A stretch of 32,000 bases of DNA, taken from Candidatus Saccharimonadota bacterium (GTDB taxonomy: Bacteria > Patescibacteriota > Gracilibacteria > Absconditabacterales > Absconditicoccaceae). The DNA is taken from contig OZ246420.1 in the NCBI GenBank assembly GCA_965231145.1, positions 1,075,294 through 1,107,293 of the forward strand, in the 5' to 3' direction. The translations under genes and the position numbers were made by a program. This document shows positions 18,825 to 28,336 of the stretch, piece after piece. Each line of letters begins with the position of its first letter. The stretch's first letter is position 1. The notes beneath the pieces are model-generated. The model was not told the origin of the DNA, ran no database searches, and saw only the letters and a list, made by a program, of their open reading frames with translations.

Positions 18825-21287
18825 CTATTGTTCATCCTTGGCATACCACTGATCAACCCATTTGTTTCGCTTATTTGATAATTCTCAGCTAAACAAAGCC
18901 AATCCTTTGCCGACGAAATAGTCTATAAAGACTGATGGGTCGGTCTTAAATGCAAATTGCTTTTTCAAATCTCCTATAGCAAAGGAATATCCTTCTAATG
19001 ACAAGTTCTTACCTCAAGATAGAGAGTTCATGGCCTTTATATTGGCGTCTAAAAGCTCTTGCAGAGCAACAATATCGGGATTTTGCCGTACCATAGCCCA
19101 GTTTTCCCTAAGATAGTTCTGGACAATCTTATCATAGCTTTTCCAGATCTTCGTCTCAAGTTGTGAAGCTGAAAGCTTGGTTTTATAGTCGGTGCGGACC
19201 GACTTTACCTGCTGATAGTACTTCCTCCATTTAGCCTCCAATGTTTCCTTTGTCTTCTTGTATCTTTCCTGCAGAGTCTTGTATTGAGAGGTCTTTTTAT
19301 CAAATTTCTTCTGCAGAGAATCTATTTTCTTCTGATATGACGCTTGTTTTTTTGCATCAAGAGCAGGGGAGAGATCTTGACATGAAAAAGGCGTCTCGCC
19401 AAAAAATGCACATACCTGTCCAGTCTGGACAGCGAGGCGTAGCTGCTTCATTCGTGAGAAGTCGGTTATACCTGAGAGAGTATTGTCGGAAGCAATATTG
19501 CCAGTAAGACCTATCCAGACACCTGCTTCAGGTTGTCCATAACAGAAAGTGTCCTGGACTATAGCATTGTGTTCAAGGGTAATACATGTGGGCTTGTTGG
19601 TAAAGCCAAATGTGCCTTTTACTGTCTGCTTGTCTCAGGGCATCTGGAGAAGTCATCCTAGCATCGTTTTCTTTGAGCCAACGCGAATAAGAAACGAAGA
19701 GATATCTATAGGACCGCCCGATACAAGCTCCACCGTAACCTGCTCATTATGCTCGTCCTTCCCGTCTCCATCTGCCATGACAGCGACAATCCTTACCTGA
19801 TTGGACAATCACGACACAACTTCGCCATTGAACTCTTCGGCTCAGTCGACAAGCTCTATCTCGCCTGCATTTGTCTTTTTATATGCTATTCATCCCTTGT
19901 TCACCGCAAGGCCAAAGGCTGAGATTTGGTCTTTCAGATCGTAGTAACGATCTTTCCGCTTTTTATATAACCCCTGATAATAGGAGTTGTCGACACTTGT
20001 TTTCGTTGCCAAGGAGGAGGAAGAATATGCTGAGAAATATGCCAACGCTTTCTCAGAAAATCATGGGGTTGGAAAATCTTTCTGTATTGGTTCACTCCCG
20101 CTCATATACCATGAACGACCAGAGGCTGAGCCTGTATAATGAACGTTCGCATAGACAGAACCGAAAGCATCTGTCACAACGAGACTCTCTCCTCCGTCTG
20201 TAAGAGACACTGAATCCGTGAGTAAAACCATAGAGGGGTCTACAAAACCAGATAGGGAGTCGGCAAAAACAACATATTGACCTGCGTGGACATTGAGGTG
20301 GACTGTCTTAGCTGTCGAGCTAGAACCGATTCATTGAATGATCAAACTACCGGAAAAAGACGACACAAAAAACAATTCCATGTATTCAGGCAATGTGTCA
20401 TTAGTCGGGTGTATTTCACTTATTATAATACCACTATTAAAAGAAGCCTCGCCGGTGGAAATATTGTCTCAAGTGAGAATATTGCCAGTAAGGGGAGGAG
20501 TGGTTTCACTCGCGGACGGAAGTGGAGGCATTGGTTGATATGTCATGATCTGTCCGGGATTGGCAATCCAGGTACCGGAAATATTTGTTACTCTCCCGGT
20601 GTTGGTGGAAGAAACAGCAACAACTCATCCAGACCAAATCTTTTCGAAACCATAGTTATTGGGCAGGACAGAAAGGATAGATGCCTCTACAGAGAATGTG
20701 TCCAGAAGTTGTCATGAGCTATACAAACCGACAGCAAGAGCATTTGTATCAGAAATACTGAGTCCCAATGATGATCCCTGAACGACCCCTCTGTCTATAA
20801 ACTGCGCCATTGTGTCTCACCAGACAAATGTCGAACCAACAGGAATATGTATCAATCAGAGAGAAAGATCTGATGACTTCACGCCTTTTACTACGAGTGG
20901 TCATATGAACTCTCATGATCAGATATTCGAGATCTCGAACCACTCGTCGCTCCCATCAAAAAATATTTCTGACACGATAAGCGCCGCCTCGCCAGTGAAA
21001 AGAGTCTGCCCAGTCTCTACAAGTAACGCTGACACTATGTCGTCAGCAAGAGCTGTCTCAACAAAGACACCCGACGTAGTGAATAAATCACTAGCAACTC
21101 ATGACAGCTCGACAGAAGTGGGGAGAGGTGCTTCGGAAACAAGCAACTCCGGAACTTGTTCCATAATCAGTCAGTCTGAAAGAGCCTGCAAAGAGAGAGT
21201 AGGAATCTCTATCGACTCCGCAAACAATAAGAAATAGCTATGAAGCGTCATCAACAAAATAAGGCCAAAGCATAATCATTTTTTCAT
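18825..21287 (-). CDS. Secreted protein with three lamin-tail-domain (LTD)-like modules and a C-terminal Lys/Gln-rich coiled coil
   Basis: The single 820-codon frame is visible only with TGA read as Gly (I counted about 29 in-frame TGA). The signal peptide is MKK-G-LCFGLILLMTLHSYFLLFA. LTD-like segments are ALIVSEIFFDGSDEWFEISNI-G-S-G-EFI, GIIISEIHPTNDTLPEYMELFFVSSFSGSLIIQ-G-I, and VRIVAVMADGDGKDEHNEQVTVELVSGGPIDISSFLIRV. The tail is the track ORF 19014-19451. Confidence 0.7.
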
Positions 21288-21442
21288 TTTTGTTTTTGTT
21301 CAAAGAGTAAATTTTGCATTGCCACCATAGAAAAAATGTGTCATCTTACAAGTAATTGTGTCCACCAGAATGACAAAAAAGTTGTATAATATCAATTTCC
21401 GCTACTCTACGCCAGAAATCAAATAAAAAACCCTCTAAAAAT

Positions 21443-21471
21443 TTGACAGGTTTCGATCGTTACTGTATAAT
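21443..21471 (+). promoter_or_regulatory. Consensus sigma-70-type promoter (TTGACA-N17-TATAAT)
   Basis: TTGACA at 21443-21448, a 17-nt spacer, and TATAAT at 21466-21471, 35 nt upstream of the ATG at 21506. Confidence 0.6.
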
Positions 21472-21505
21472 CATACCATAAACCTTTTATCTGGTTTTCA
21501 TACCA

Positions 21506-22906
21506 ATGGCTGATCAACAAACTCCTATCCAAGGGGACACTCAAACTACTCCTGTGCAAGCCGACCCACAGGACCTACTTGGAAACATTTCTATCGACCT
21601 TCCTCAGGCTCCTGGAGAAGAAACTGTGGTATCTCCAACGCCAGCTAACGACATGGCGAATGTTACTCCTACGAGCGATACGCTTTCTGCTGATCTTGGA
21701 AGCATTACACTTCCGGAAGATTCGGTTGCACAGGAGGCGGTGCCAACAGAGCAGGGCTCTTTGGATCTTTCTAGCATTTCTGCTGAGCCAGTAGCCTCAA
21801 CTCCTGAAATAGTTGATTCTCTTCCTACAATTGCTCCGCAAGAATCAGTGGCTGCGCCAGCTGAAGTAAATACGCTTGAGACTATCATGGCTGCGCCGTT
21901 AGAAGCTAGCGTTACTGAAACTCCTACTGTCACAGAGACGGCGCCACTTATCATGGAAACCGCTCCTACAGTTTCTCCTATAGAAGAACAAATTCCTGTT
22001 GCTCCGGCCCCAGAAGTAGTACAACCTCTACCGACAGAAGAGCCGATAGCAGAGCTTTCTCCCATCGCCACGAGCGAAACATCTGTTCCTGCGGTAACTG
22101 ATGTTATGAGCGTCAATCTTGATTCGCTTACGAATGACGTTGCTCCTGCAGCCGCCGAACCGCCTGCAGAAGTTGCGCCCGTTACAGCCTCAGTAACACT
22201 CCCTGAAATGACTGTAGTGTCATGACAACACGCCACAACATCGTCAAAGAAAAAAACCCTCGCTATGGCTGGGGCACTCATCCTGCTTCTTGCTGTAGGA
22301 GCATTCGTCTTCAAGACGATGATGCCTGATGAGTCAAGCAAGCTCTATGCAAGCGTACTGAGCATATTTGGAGCTGCGCCTGCTACGCAGGAAAGCATCC
22401 TCAAACAACCTGAAAGCGTTATGACAACAAGCGGAGCGATAGACACCCTGATTGATAGACAAACAACAGGAAGCGTAGATACATGACTCGCTACTACAGT
22501 TGCTGCTATCGAAAGCACAAGTGGAACTGATACTCTTTCTGGAATGAGTGCTACTGGTACAAGCGATATGATTACCAGCAATACGAATAGCTGAATGAAT
22601 AACTCTTCTGCAATCGCGACACTAAGTTGATCTATGAGCGCGGAAGATGCAGAGTCGGCACTTACTACCATCAACGAGAAGAGCAAGAAATCTCTCGCTC
22701 TTGCCAAAAAGAATGATGTCAAAGACGCCGCAGATCGTCTCTATAAAATATTTAAAGAGAGTACAAATCTTCTTGAAACGCTTGCAAACGGAGCAGACAT
22801 CTCTACGATACCTGATATAGAGCAGCAGATCAACACGCTGCAACAAAATTTAAATCAGGCTATCATCATCCTCAATGTCACCTCAAGCAGCAGCGCTCAG
22901 TCTTAG
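21506..22906 (+). CDS. Hypothetical single-pass membrane protein with a ~240-aa acidic Pro/Thr/Glu/Ala-rich low-complexity N-terminus
   Basis: The track ORFs 21506-22225, 22265-22486 and 22634-22906 join through four TGA codons into 466 codons. The TM segment is LAMAGALILLLAVGAFVF. The C-terminal part is Ser/Thr-rich, then helical (KKSLALAKKNDVKDAADRLYKIFKESTNLLETL). Confidence 0.6.
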
Positions 22907-22910
22907 CAGC

Positions 22911-23777
22911 ATGATTAAAAAATTTCAAACGTATCTTGAATACGAAAAAAATGTCAGTCCTAAAACATATGAAAATTATACGCTCTGGTTAGAGCGTTTT
23001 TTAAAGCACACCGGAGATATCAGCGTAAAAGATATCACGTCATTAGACGTGTTAGATTTTAGAATGAAGCTGACAGAAAGAAAATTATCGAAGAAAACCA
23101 TAAACTATCATATCGTTGCTATCAGATCATTTTTGAAGTTTTGTTTAAAGCATGATATTGATGTAATCTCTCCGGACAAGCTGGAACTTGGGAAAACACC
23201 ACCAAGAGTTGTTAACTTTCTGACGGAAGCAGAGGTGGAAAGCGTACTATGAATGCCCGCACAGCGAGAGCAGAAAAATGCCGTCAAGCGCTTAAGAGAC
23301 GAAGCAATATTGCTTGTGCTCTATGGAACGGGACTGCGCGTAACGGAGCTTATTTGATTGAAAAAAACAGACATTAAACTAGATAGCAATCAGTTTTGGG
23401 TCGTAGGAAAGTGATCGAAACTAAGGGCGGTTTTCTTTACAAAGCGCGCAAGAGAAAAACTTGAAGAGTATCTCAAAGCAAGAACCGATGAAAGTCCTTT
23501 CTTGTTTATAAATCTCAGTAACTTTAAAAGCGGTAAGTGACTCACGAGAAATTCTGTGGAAGAGCTGGTAAGACAATACGCACGCTATGCAGGCATCGAA
23601 AAGAAAGTGACGCCACATACACTTCGTCATAGCTTTGCAACATCACTTATCAAAAAAGGAGCAGACATAAGATCGGTACAAACGCTTCTCGGACATGCTT
23701 CTATTACCACAACACAAATCTATACACACGTTGATGACAAATTTCTGCAGGAAGTACATCAGCTTATGGATAACTAA
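22911..23777 (+). CDS. xerC: Tyrosine recombinase XerC/XerD family
   Basis: The start is [23 protein letters not shown]. Fragments join through TGA on conserved Gly residues ([32 protein letters not shown]). The catalytic region is [39 protein letters not shown]. Confidence 0.88.
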
Positions 23778-23789
23778 TAAACATAAAAA

Positions 23790-23809
23790 GCCTCCTTTCT
23801 CAAGGAGGC
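23790..23809. terminator. GC-rich hairpin 12 nt after the xerC stop
   Basis: GCCTCCTT-TCTC-AAGGAGGC. There is no T-run on the plus strand. An A-run precedes it, so the T-run is on the minus strand. Confidence 0.4.
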
Positions 23810-23869
23810 GTCCACCCTAAAATATGGACGGAGGATTTGAAAGAGCAGAGAGCGGAATTTAATAAGATA

Positions 23870-23900
23870 CAAAAAATCGCAGCCCAGATCGGGTTGCGAT
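23870..23900 (-). terminator. Rho-independent terminator after the 176-aa secreted-protein gene
   Basis: The minus-strand RNA reads ATCGCAACCC-GATCT-GGGCTGCGAT followed by TTTTTTG, about 25 nt after the stop at 23926. Confidence 0.75.
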
Positions 23901-23925
23901 TTCATTATATGTGCTTACTGTAGAA

Positions 23926-24456
23926 TTATTTGCTAGCATAGCCAGCCATATTGGGCTCTAATTCTTTATAGAACAGAGCTATTTCATCTTCAGTTGCTTC
24001 GCGCACCGACTGAGTAACTTTTTCATACATTACCGCAACAGAAGACGACCCATCTGAAGTGGTAATCATATAAAAGAGATTACCTTCTGGTTGTTGCCAA
24101 AGCATCTCTGTGCCTCCCGGGAACACGCCTACGAGCATTTTGTTGCATACTCTATAAACGGGGCAGAAAAGCGCATAATTTTGCACTGTCGGAATAAGAG
24201 AGTCTAACTTCTTACGAAGAGGAATTTCTTCTTCCATCTTGTACCACCACGACTCCTTGTTAGCCGAAGCATTTAAAGAGCTGAGCATTGGACTCTTTTC
24301 TTTATACGTCTTCTGGTGATAGGTCTTCTTTATGTTTACCTTATATTTGGCAAACATTTCCGGCAGGTCAAATTGAGAATAGTTAAAGAGCGGCTGCGCA
24401 TTGGTTGGCAACGCATAGCAAATGAGAATGAGGACGAGTATTTTAAACTGTTTCAT
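23926..24456 (-). CDS. Hypothetical secreted protein (176 aa)
   Basis: Intact ORF with signal peptide MKQFKILVLILICYALPTNAQ. It has its own TTGACT-N16-TATAAT promoter and its own terminator. Confidence 0.6.
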   Translation of the reverse strand: MKQFKILVLILICYALPTNAQPLFNYSQFDLPEMFAKYKVNIKKTYHQKTYKEKSPMLSSLNASANKESWWYKMEEEIPLRKKLDSLIPTVQNYALFCPVYRVCNKMLVGVFPGGTEMLWQQPEGNLFYMITTSDGSSSVAVMYEKVTQSVREATEDEIALFYKELEPNMAGYASK

Positions 24457-24488
24457 AGGCTTTATTTTTTATTTTGTTGTGAGGCTAC

Positions 24489-24516
24489 ATTATATTCCGA
24501 CAAAAAGGAAAGTCAA
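24489..24516 (-). promoter_or_regulatory. Sigma-70-type promoter (TTGACT-N16-TATAAT) for the 23926-24456 gene
   Basis: On the minus strand: TTGACT (24511-24516), a 16-nt spacer, and TATAAT (24489-24494). The surrounding ~60 nt is a near-duplicate of 24985-25045. Confidence 0.55.
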
Positions 24517-24529
24517 GAACACTCAGAAA

Positions 24530-24572
24530 ACAAAAAAAACGCCGCCGTGAGGACACGGAGACGTTATTTTTT
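24530..24572 (-). terminator. Terminator hairpin after the 24576-24980 gene, with T-runs on both strands
   Basis: ACGCCGCCGTG-AGGA-CACGGAGACGT, flanked by an A8 run upstream and TATTTTTTG downstream. The stem has one mismatch and one wobble pair. Confidence 0.6.
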
Positions 24573-24575
24573 GTG

Positions 24576-24980
24576 TTATAGCAGCTTTCAATTGAAAGCC
24601 ACAAAACCTTCTTCTGCCCACTCAGAAGCAATAGCCTCTAAGTACATACTCAGCGTCTCAGCGACAGGATCTGTACTTGCGGCAGCACCAATGCCACACC
24701 ACAGAACAGCGGGGCTGTTCAATTGAATGTAGCGATAATATGCTACCATACACTTTCCATACATTGACAGTTGTGGCGCCTGGGTAATTTTTGCTTGCTT
24801 ATAGAAAGCAATCCAGCCCATTTGCTCATCCGCTGGTGGAGGGTTAGCTACCATGGAATCAATATCGGCTTGGGTAATGCTAGCCGCAACATTTTGGAGT
24901 AGAGAGTCCTCTGACAACGCATACGCAGTATGTACACATAAGAGAGCAATCAGTAAAAATATTTTTCTCAGCTGTTTCAT
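24576..24980 (-). CDS. Hypothetical secreted protein (134 aa)
   Basis: The signal peptide is MKQLRKIFLLIALLCVHTAYAL. The track ORF extends 4 codons through a TGA to the TAA at 24576-24578. Confidence 0.55.
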
Positions 24981-25007
24981 AGGCTATAAGTTTTGTTTTG
25001 AAGCTAT

Positions 25008-25035
25008 ATAATATTCCGTGGAAAGAAGAAATCAA
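25008..25035 (-). promoter_or_regulatory. Sigma-70-type promoter (TTGATT-N16-TATTAT) for the 24576-24980 gene
   Basis: On the minus strand: TTGATT (25030-25035) and TATTAT (25008-25013). This is a paralogous copy of the 24489-24516 promoter region. Confidence 0.5.
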
Positions 25036-25040
25036 GAGAA

Positions 25041-25071
25041 CAAAAAACGTCCGCTGAAGTACAGCAGACGC
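25041..25071 (-). terminator. Rho-independent terminator after the 25093-25323 gene
   Basis: The minus-strand RNA reads CGTCTGCTG-TACTT-CAGCGGACG followed by TTTTTTG. Confidence 0.65.
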
Positions 25072-25092
25072 TTTGAAAATGAATGAATTTGA

Positions 25093-25323
25093 TTAGGAAT
25101 AGAGTTTTTTGATGGCTTTTTCCACCTTTTGACCATTGACTCGGAGCCAATATTGCAACCTTTTCCCAGTCATATTGGGAGGAACGGTTACGATAAAAGC
25201 GCCCTTGGTGCGTGTGCATTTAATTGCACCGACATTACATTCGGCAATCGGTTTTTCATGCGTGTTCATATCAACGATATTGTGGTACGTGAACAATGTG
25301 TATTCGAACGAAGATGAGATCAT
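25093..25323 (-). CDS. Hypothetical small protein (76 aa, or 58 aa from the internal Met)
   Basis: Intact ORF immediately downstream of comF and followed by its own terminator. I recognised no family. Confidence 0.4.
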   Translation of the reverse strand: MISSSFEYTLFTYHNIVDMNTHEKPIAECNVGAIKCTRTKGAFIVTVPPNMTGKRLQYWLRVNGQKVEKAIKKLYS

Positions 25324-25352
25324 AGCCTTATAGAGAAAAATTGCAAGAACTT

Positions 25353-26051
25353 CTACGAACTACTTCTTCCTATGACGACACCCCAAATCACTATGCGAGG
25401 ATAGAGCTTTTTCAACGCTTTTGCCGCAGCATTAATCGTCGATCATGTTGTCGTTACATCGTCAACAATAAGGACAAATTCATCTCATTTTAATGAGATA
25501 TTGCTACGTAATGAAAAAACGTCTTCCAGATTTTTCATCCTCTTTATACGAGAGAGGAATGCCTGTATGCGAGTATGTCTGTTTTTCATGAGCAATGGTT
25601 CATACGTCATTCATAATTTCTGTGCGACGCCAGAGGCAAGGAGGTCTGACTGGTTGTACCCTTTGATAAAATATTTTCTGTATCGATGAGAAGGGATCGA
25701 TGTGATGACGACACGCTTTGTGCGGAATCATTTTTGTAATGTCTGATTTGTTTGGATAACAAGCGAAAGACGATCAACAAGAAACGAAGCGACATCGTAG
25801 CGATGATAATATTTGAGCTGCAAGATAAGTTTTTTTAATAAATCGTGATATGCAAACCCGATAGCGATGCCCTGATAAGCGACCTCATGTCTATAGTCTA
25901 GATGTACCGCAAAATCCTGAGAGAAGCGATGGCTCACCGGACAAAGCTCCTGATGTGGTTGAAGCGTCTTTTTGCATTGCGAACACAAATAATCACCAGC
26001 ACTCTGACACCCTATACACAGCTTTGGAAATAGAAGATCGATGAGTTTCAT
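25353..26051 (-). CDS. comF: ComF-family protein (zinc finger plus phosphoribosyltransferase-like domain)
   Basis: MKLIDLLFPKLCIGCQSAGDYLCSQCKK..., extended through TGA codons past the track ORF end. Motifs are KGYNQSDLLA and EFVLIVDDVTTT-G-STINAAAKAL. An alternative start lies at 26093. Confidence 0.8.
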
Positions 26052-26177
26052 TTTATCTTTGTAATAAAAAAATATCTGCAGTGAAGCAGACATTTCATGT
26101 TCAGTAAGATAATATAAATCTATGATAGTTTTCCTTTAATTGTTCATTCGTAATTATTAATTTGTAATTGAATTACA

Positions 26178-26254
26178 TGGTGGTCGATACGGGACTCGAA
26201 CCTGTGACCCCTTGCATGTCGAGCAAGTGCTCTAGCCAACTGAGCTAATCGACC
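26178..26254 (-). tRNA. tRNA-Val (anticodon GAC), CCA encoded, with C instead of U at position 33
   Basis: The reverse complement is GGTCGATTAGCTCAGTTGGCTAGAGCACTTGCTCGACATGCAAGGGGTCACAGGTTCGAGTCCCGTATCGACCACCA. The anticodon stem is CTTGC/GCAAG, the loop is TCGACAT, and the discriminator is A73. Confidence 0.75.
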
Positions 26255-26335
26255 TTATAAACTATAGATTGGATTTAACGTGCTTTTGCTTATCATTTAT
26301 TATATATTTTATATTTTGAATTTTATATTACTTTT

Positions 26336-27451
26336 ATGCGCATAGCTTTCGCCGGAGGAGGAACATGATGACATGTTTTTCCGATTAGAGCGCTGATACA
26401 ACATATTTATTCGCATGGTGAATACAAGCGCAAAGCTGAAGCGCTCGTACGATTTGGCGAAAAGTGAAGCCTCGAAGAGCATGTCGCAAAGGAGTTTTCT
26501 GATGTGAAATTTGTGCCTATTGTTTCCGGAAAGCTCAGAAGATCTCCATCATGGAAAGAACTTGCAAAGAATATGTATGACCTGGGATCTATGACATACG
26601 GAATCATACAATGTCTCAGGTTATTGAAGAAGCATAAAATCGATGTGATCTTCTGCAAGGGAGGATATGTCTCATTGCCAGTAGTTATAGCCGGACGAAT
26701 ACTTCGCAAAAAAATCATCCTTCATGAATCAGACACCAAAGCGGGACTTTCTAACAAGATCTGCGCAAAATTTGCGAACCACATCTTTACCGGCTTCGCC
26801 GGAGTTTTTCCCCATAGAGAAGTCGTTGTCTGACAAATCTTAAGCAATGATTTGCTCAATAATTCTAAATCAAACTTGGAACCTGAAACTATAGATAGAA
26901 ATTGAGCTCCGAGAATTGAGAATTGAGAATCAACGAAGACAAGCATTTTAGTCACTTGAGGCTCTCAGGGGGCAGAATCGGTTTATAGACCTCTTGCGGC
27001 GCTTATTAAAAAAAACGGCTACAAGGGAAGCCACTTTCACATCGTTTTAGGAACGAAAAACACTGGATTGAAATCTCTTTTTGAAGGGCTGAGCAACACC
27101 ACCTGCTATGATTTTGTCAGTCAGAAGGAAATGGGTGGATTACTATCGCTGTGCGATGCGGCAATAACGCGCGCGGGAACAACATCGCTCGCCGAGGAAA
27201 AACTTTTTTGATTGAAGCTTGTTATTGTTCCTATCCCATGGACACATGATCAGCTAAGAAACGCGGAGTACTATATGAAACGTCATGGAGATCTTTTGGT
27301 AAAACAGGATGATAGTTTCTTATTGAATCTTCCTATTGCGCTTGATGTGATAACAAAGCATAAAAAAAACCGGACTCAAGACAATATTGAGACCGATATT
27401 AATAATGCTAAGGATGTTGTTTGTCAGCAGCTATTTGACTCTCTCAGCTAA
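26336..27451 (+). CDS. murG: UDP-N-acetylglucosamine--N-acetylmuramyl-(pentapeptide) pyrophosphoryl-undecaprenol GlcNAc transferase
   Basis: MRIAFAGGGT-G-G-HVFP, then KGGYVSLPVVIAG.ILRKKIILHESD, ILVT-G-GSQGA and ITRAGTTSLAEE. Six TGA codons read as Gly. CGA codons lie at 26450-26452 and 26696-26698, and a CGG at 27371-27373. Confidence 0.9.
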
Positions 27452-27549
27452 AGATAATTTATTATAGCGTGCAGGATCGTGTTTTCACTGTTTGTTTGAT
27501 TTCTTAAGTACAATGGGTAGTATGTGCTCAGACCAAACAAAAATATTTT

Positions 27550-28302
27550 ATGGAACAACATAACAAACTCCTGCATCAGGCACGGAAAGATAGTGCGTGG
27601 ATGCCAATGGTTGTTGTGGGCGTCCTTTATATAGCATTGAGCTTCTTTTACGACGTTCACTGCATCACACCAAATAGCATTTCTACGCCTTTCACGAAAG
27701 ACATCTCGTGGAGTTACACATCATCAACCTGGTTCGACGCCTGCTTCTTCTTTGTGTGTGTATTTACCTTTTACTACTTCAGGACTATCCTGAAAAAGTA
27801 TAAAGCAAACGTCCTTCGCATAAAAAACACGGCAATCATCATAGTAACAACCCTCTGTTTTTTCTCTATCATCTGTGGCGAAACTGAAGGAGGAAAACAA
27901 TTCATCATCAAGATTCTCGATGAAACCATGTTCGCCGACATGCTACTACCAGACTACTATGGAGTAGTGTTTGCTTTCTGGTTCGGAACACTTGGCGGAA
28001 TAACTATTGGCATCGTGTTTGGCATCTTAGGTGTGTTTAATATAGCCATAGAAGGCGTTATTATCTGCACACTTATGGGCGCCATGAGTGGCATAGTTGC
28101 TTTTATAGAACTATCTCTCCACAAGGGATTCTTCTATGGACTCATCTATGGAATAGTTCTTGTTGCTACAAACATTGTTATCAATGCGTGTGGCATAGCC
28201 GCAATCGGGGCTCCACTTGCGCTACTTCAGAAAACACGATCTATGGCTATGGACCGGAAGGAGAAGAGCGACGAAGCCTATCAAAAAAGACTAAAAAAAT
28301 AA
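27550..28302 (+). CDS. Hypothetical polytopic membrane protein (250 aa)
   Basis: Intact ORF with several hydrophobic segments (VVVGVLYIALSFFY, ACFFFVCVFTFYYF, IIIVTTLCFFSIIC, and a Gly-rich GVVFAFWFGTLGGITIGIVFGILGVF). It has a basic C-terminus. Confidence 0.55.
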   Translation: MEQHNKLLHQARKDSAWMPMVVVGVLYIALSFFYDVHCITPNSISTPFTKDISWSYTSSTWFDACFFFVCVFTFYYFRTILKKYKANVLRIKNTAIIIVTTLCFFSIICGETEGGKQFIIKILDETMFADMLLPDYYGVVFAFWFGTLGGITIGIVFGILGVFNIAIEGVIICTLMGAMSGIVAFIELSLHKGFFYGLIYGIVLVATNIVINACGIAAIGAPLALLQKTRSMAMDRKEKSDEAYQKRLKK

Positions 28303-28304
28303 CG

Positions 28305-28336
28305 ACACTCCTGGTTCTCCAGCGGGTGTTCTTTTA
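28305..28336 (+). terminator. Terminator hairpin between the convergent membrane-protein gene and comM
   Basis: ACACTCCTGG-TTCT-CCAGCGGGTGT (one bulge) followed by TCTTTT. An A-run precedes it, so it may work in both directions. Confidence 0.55.

Noticed and set aside
20277-21237. Plus-strand ORFs of 146 aa and 141 aa (20277-20717 and 20812-21237).
   Set aside because: They are antisense to the 820-codon LTD-protein frame, which has a signal peptide and repeated domain motifs. The plus-strand ORFs are open only because of the minus-strand codon bias.
21604-22341. A 245-aa minus-strand ORF rich in Ser/Gly/Ala/Thr.
   Set aside because: It is the mirror image of the low-complexity Pro/Thr/Glu/Ala coding region on the plus strand. 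The plus-strand gene has the consensus promoter, a TM segment and continuity into a conserved-looking C-terminus.
22911-23777. The tyrosine recombinase as a marker of an integrated mobile element, with tRNA-Val 2.4 kb away.
   Set aside because: The sequence is XerC/D-like and housekeeping in appearance. I found no direct repeats matching the tRNA-Val 3' end and no phage or transposon genes, so a mobile-element call is unsupported.
26880-26930. The tandem GAATTGA-GAATTGA-GAATC repeat as a regulatory element.
   Set aside because: It lies inside the murG frame (..RN-G-APRIEN-G-EST..), in a variable linker just before the conserved VT-G-GSQGA motif. It is coding sequence with local slippage-like repetition.
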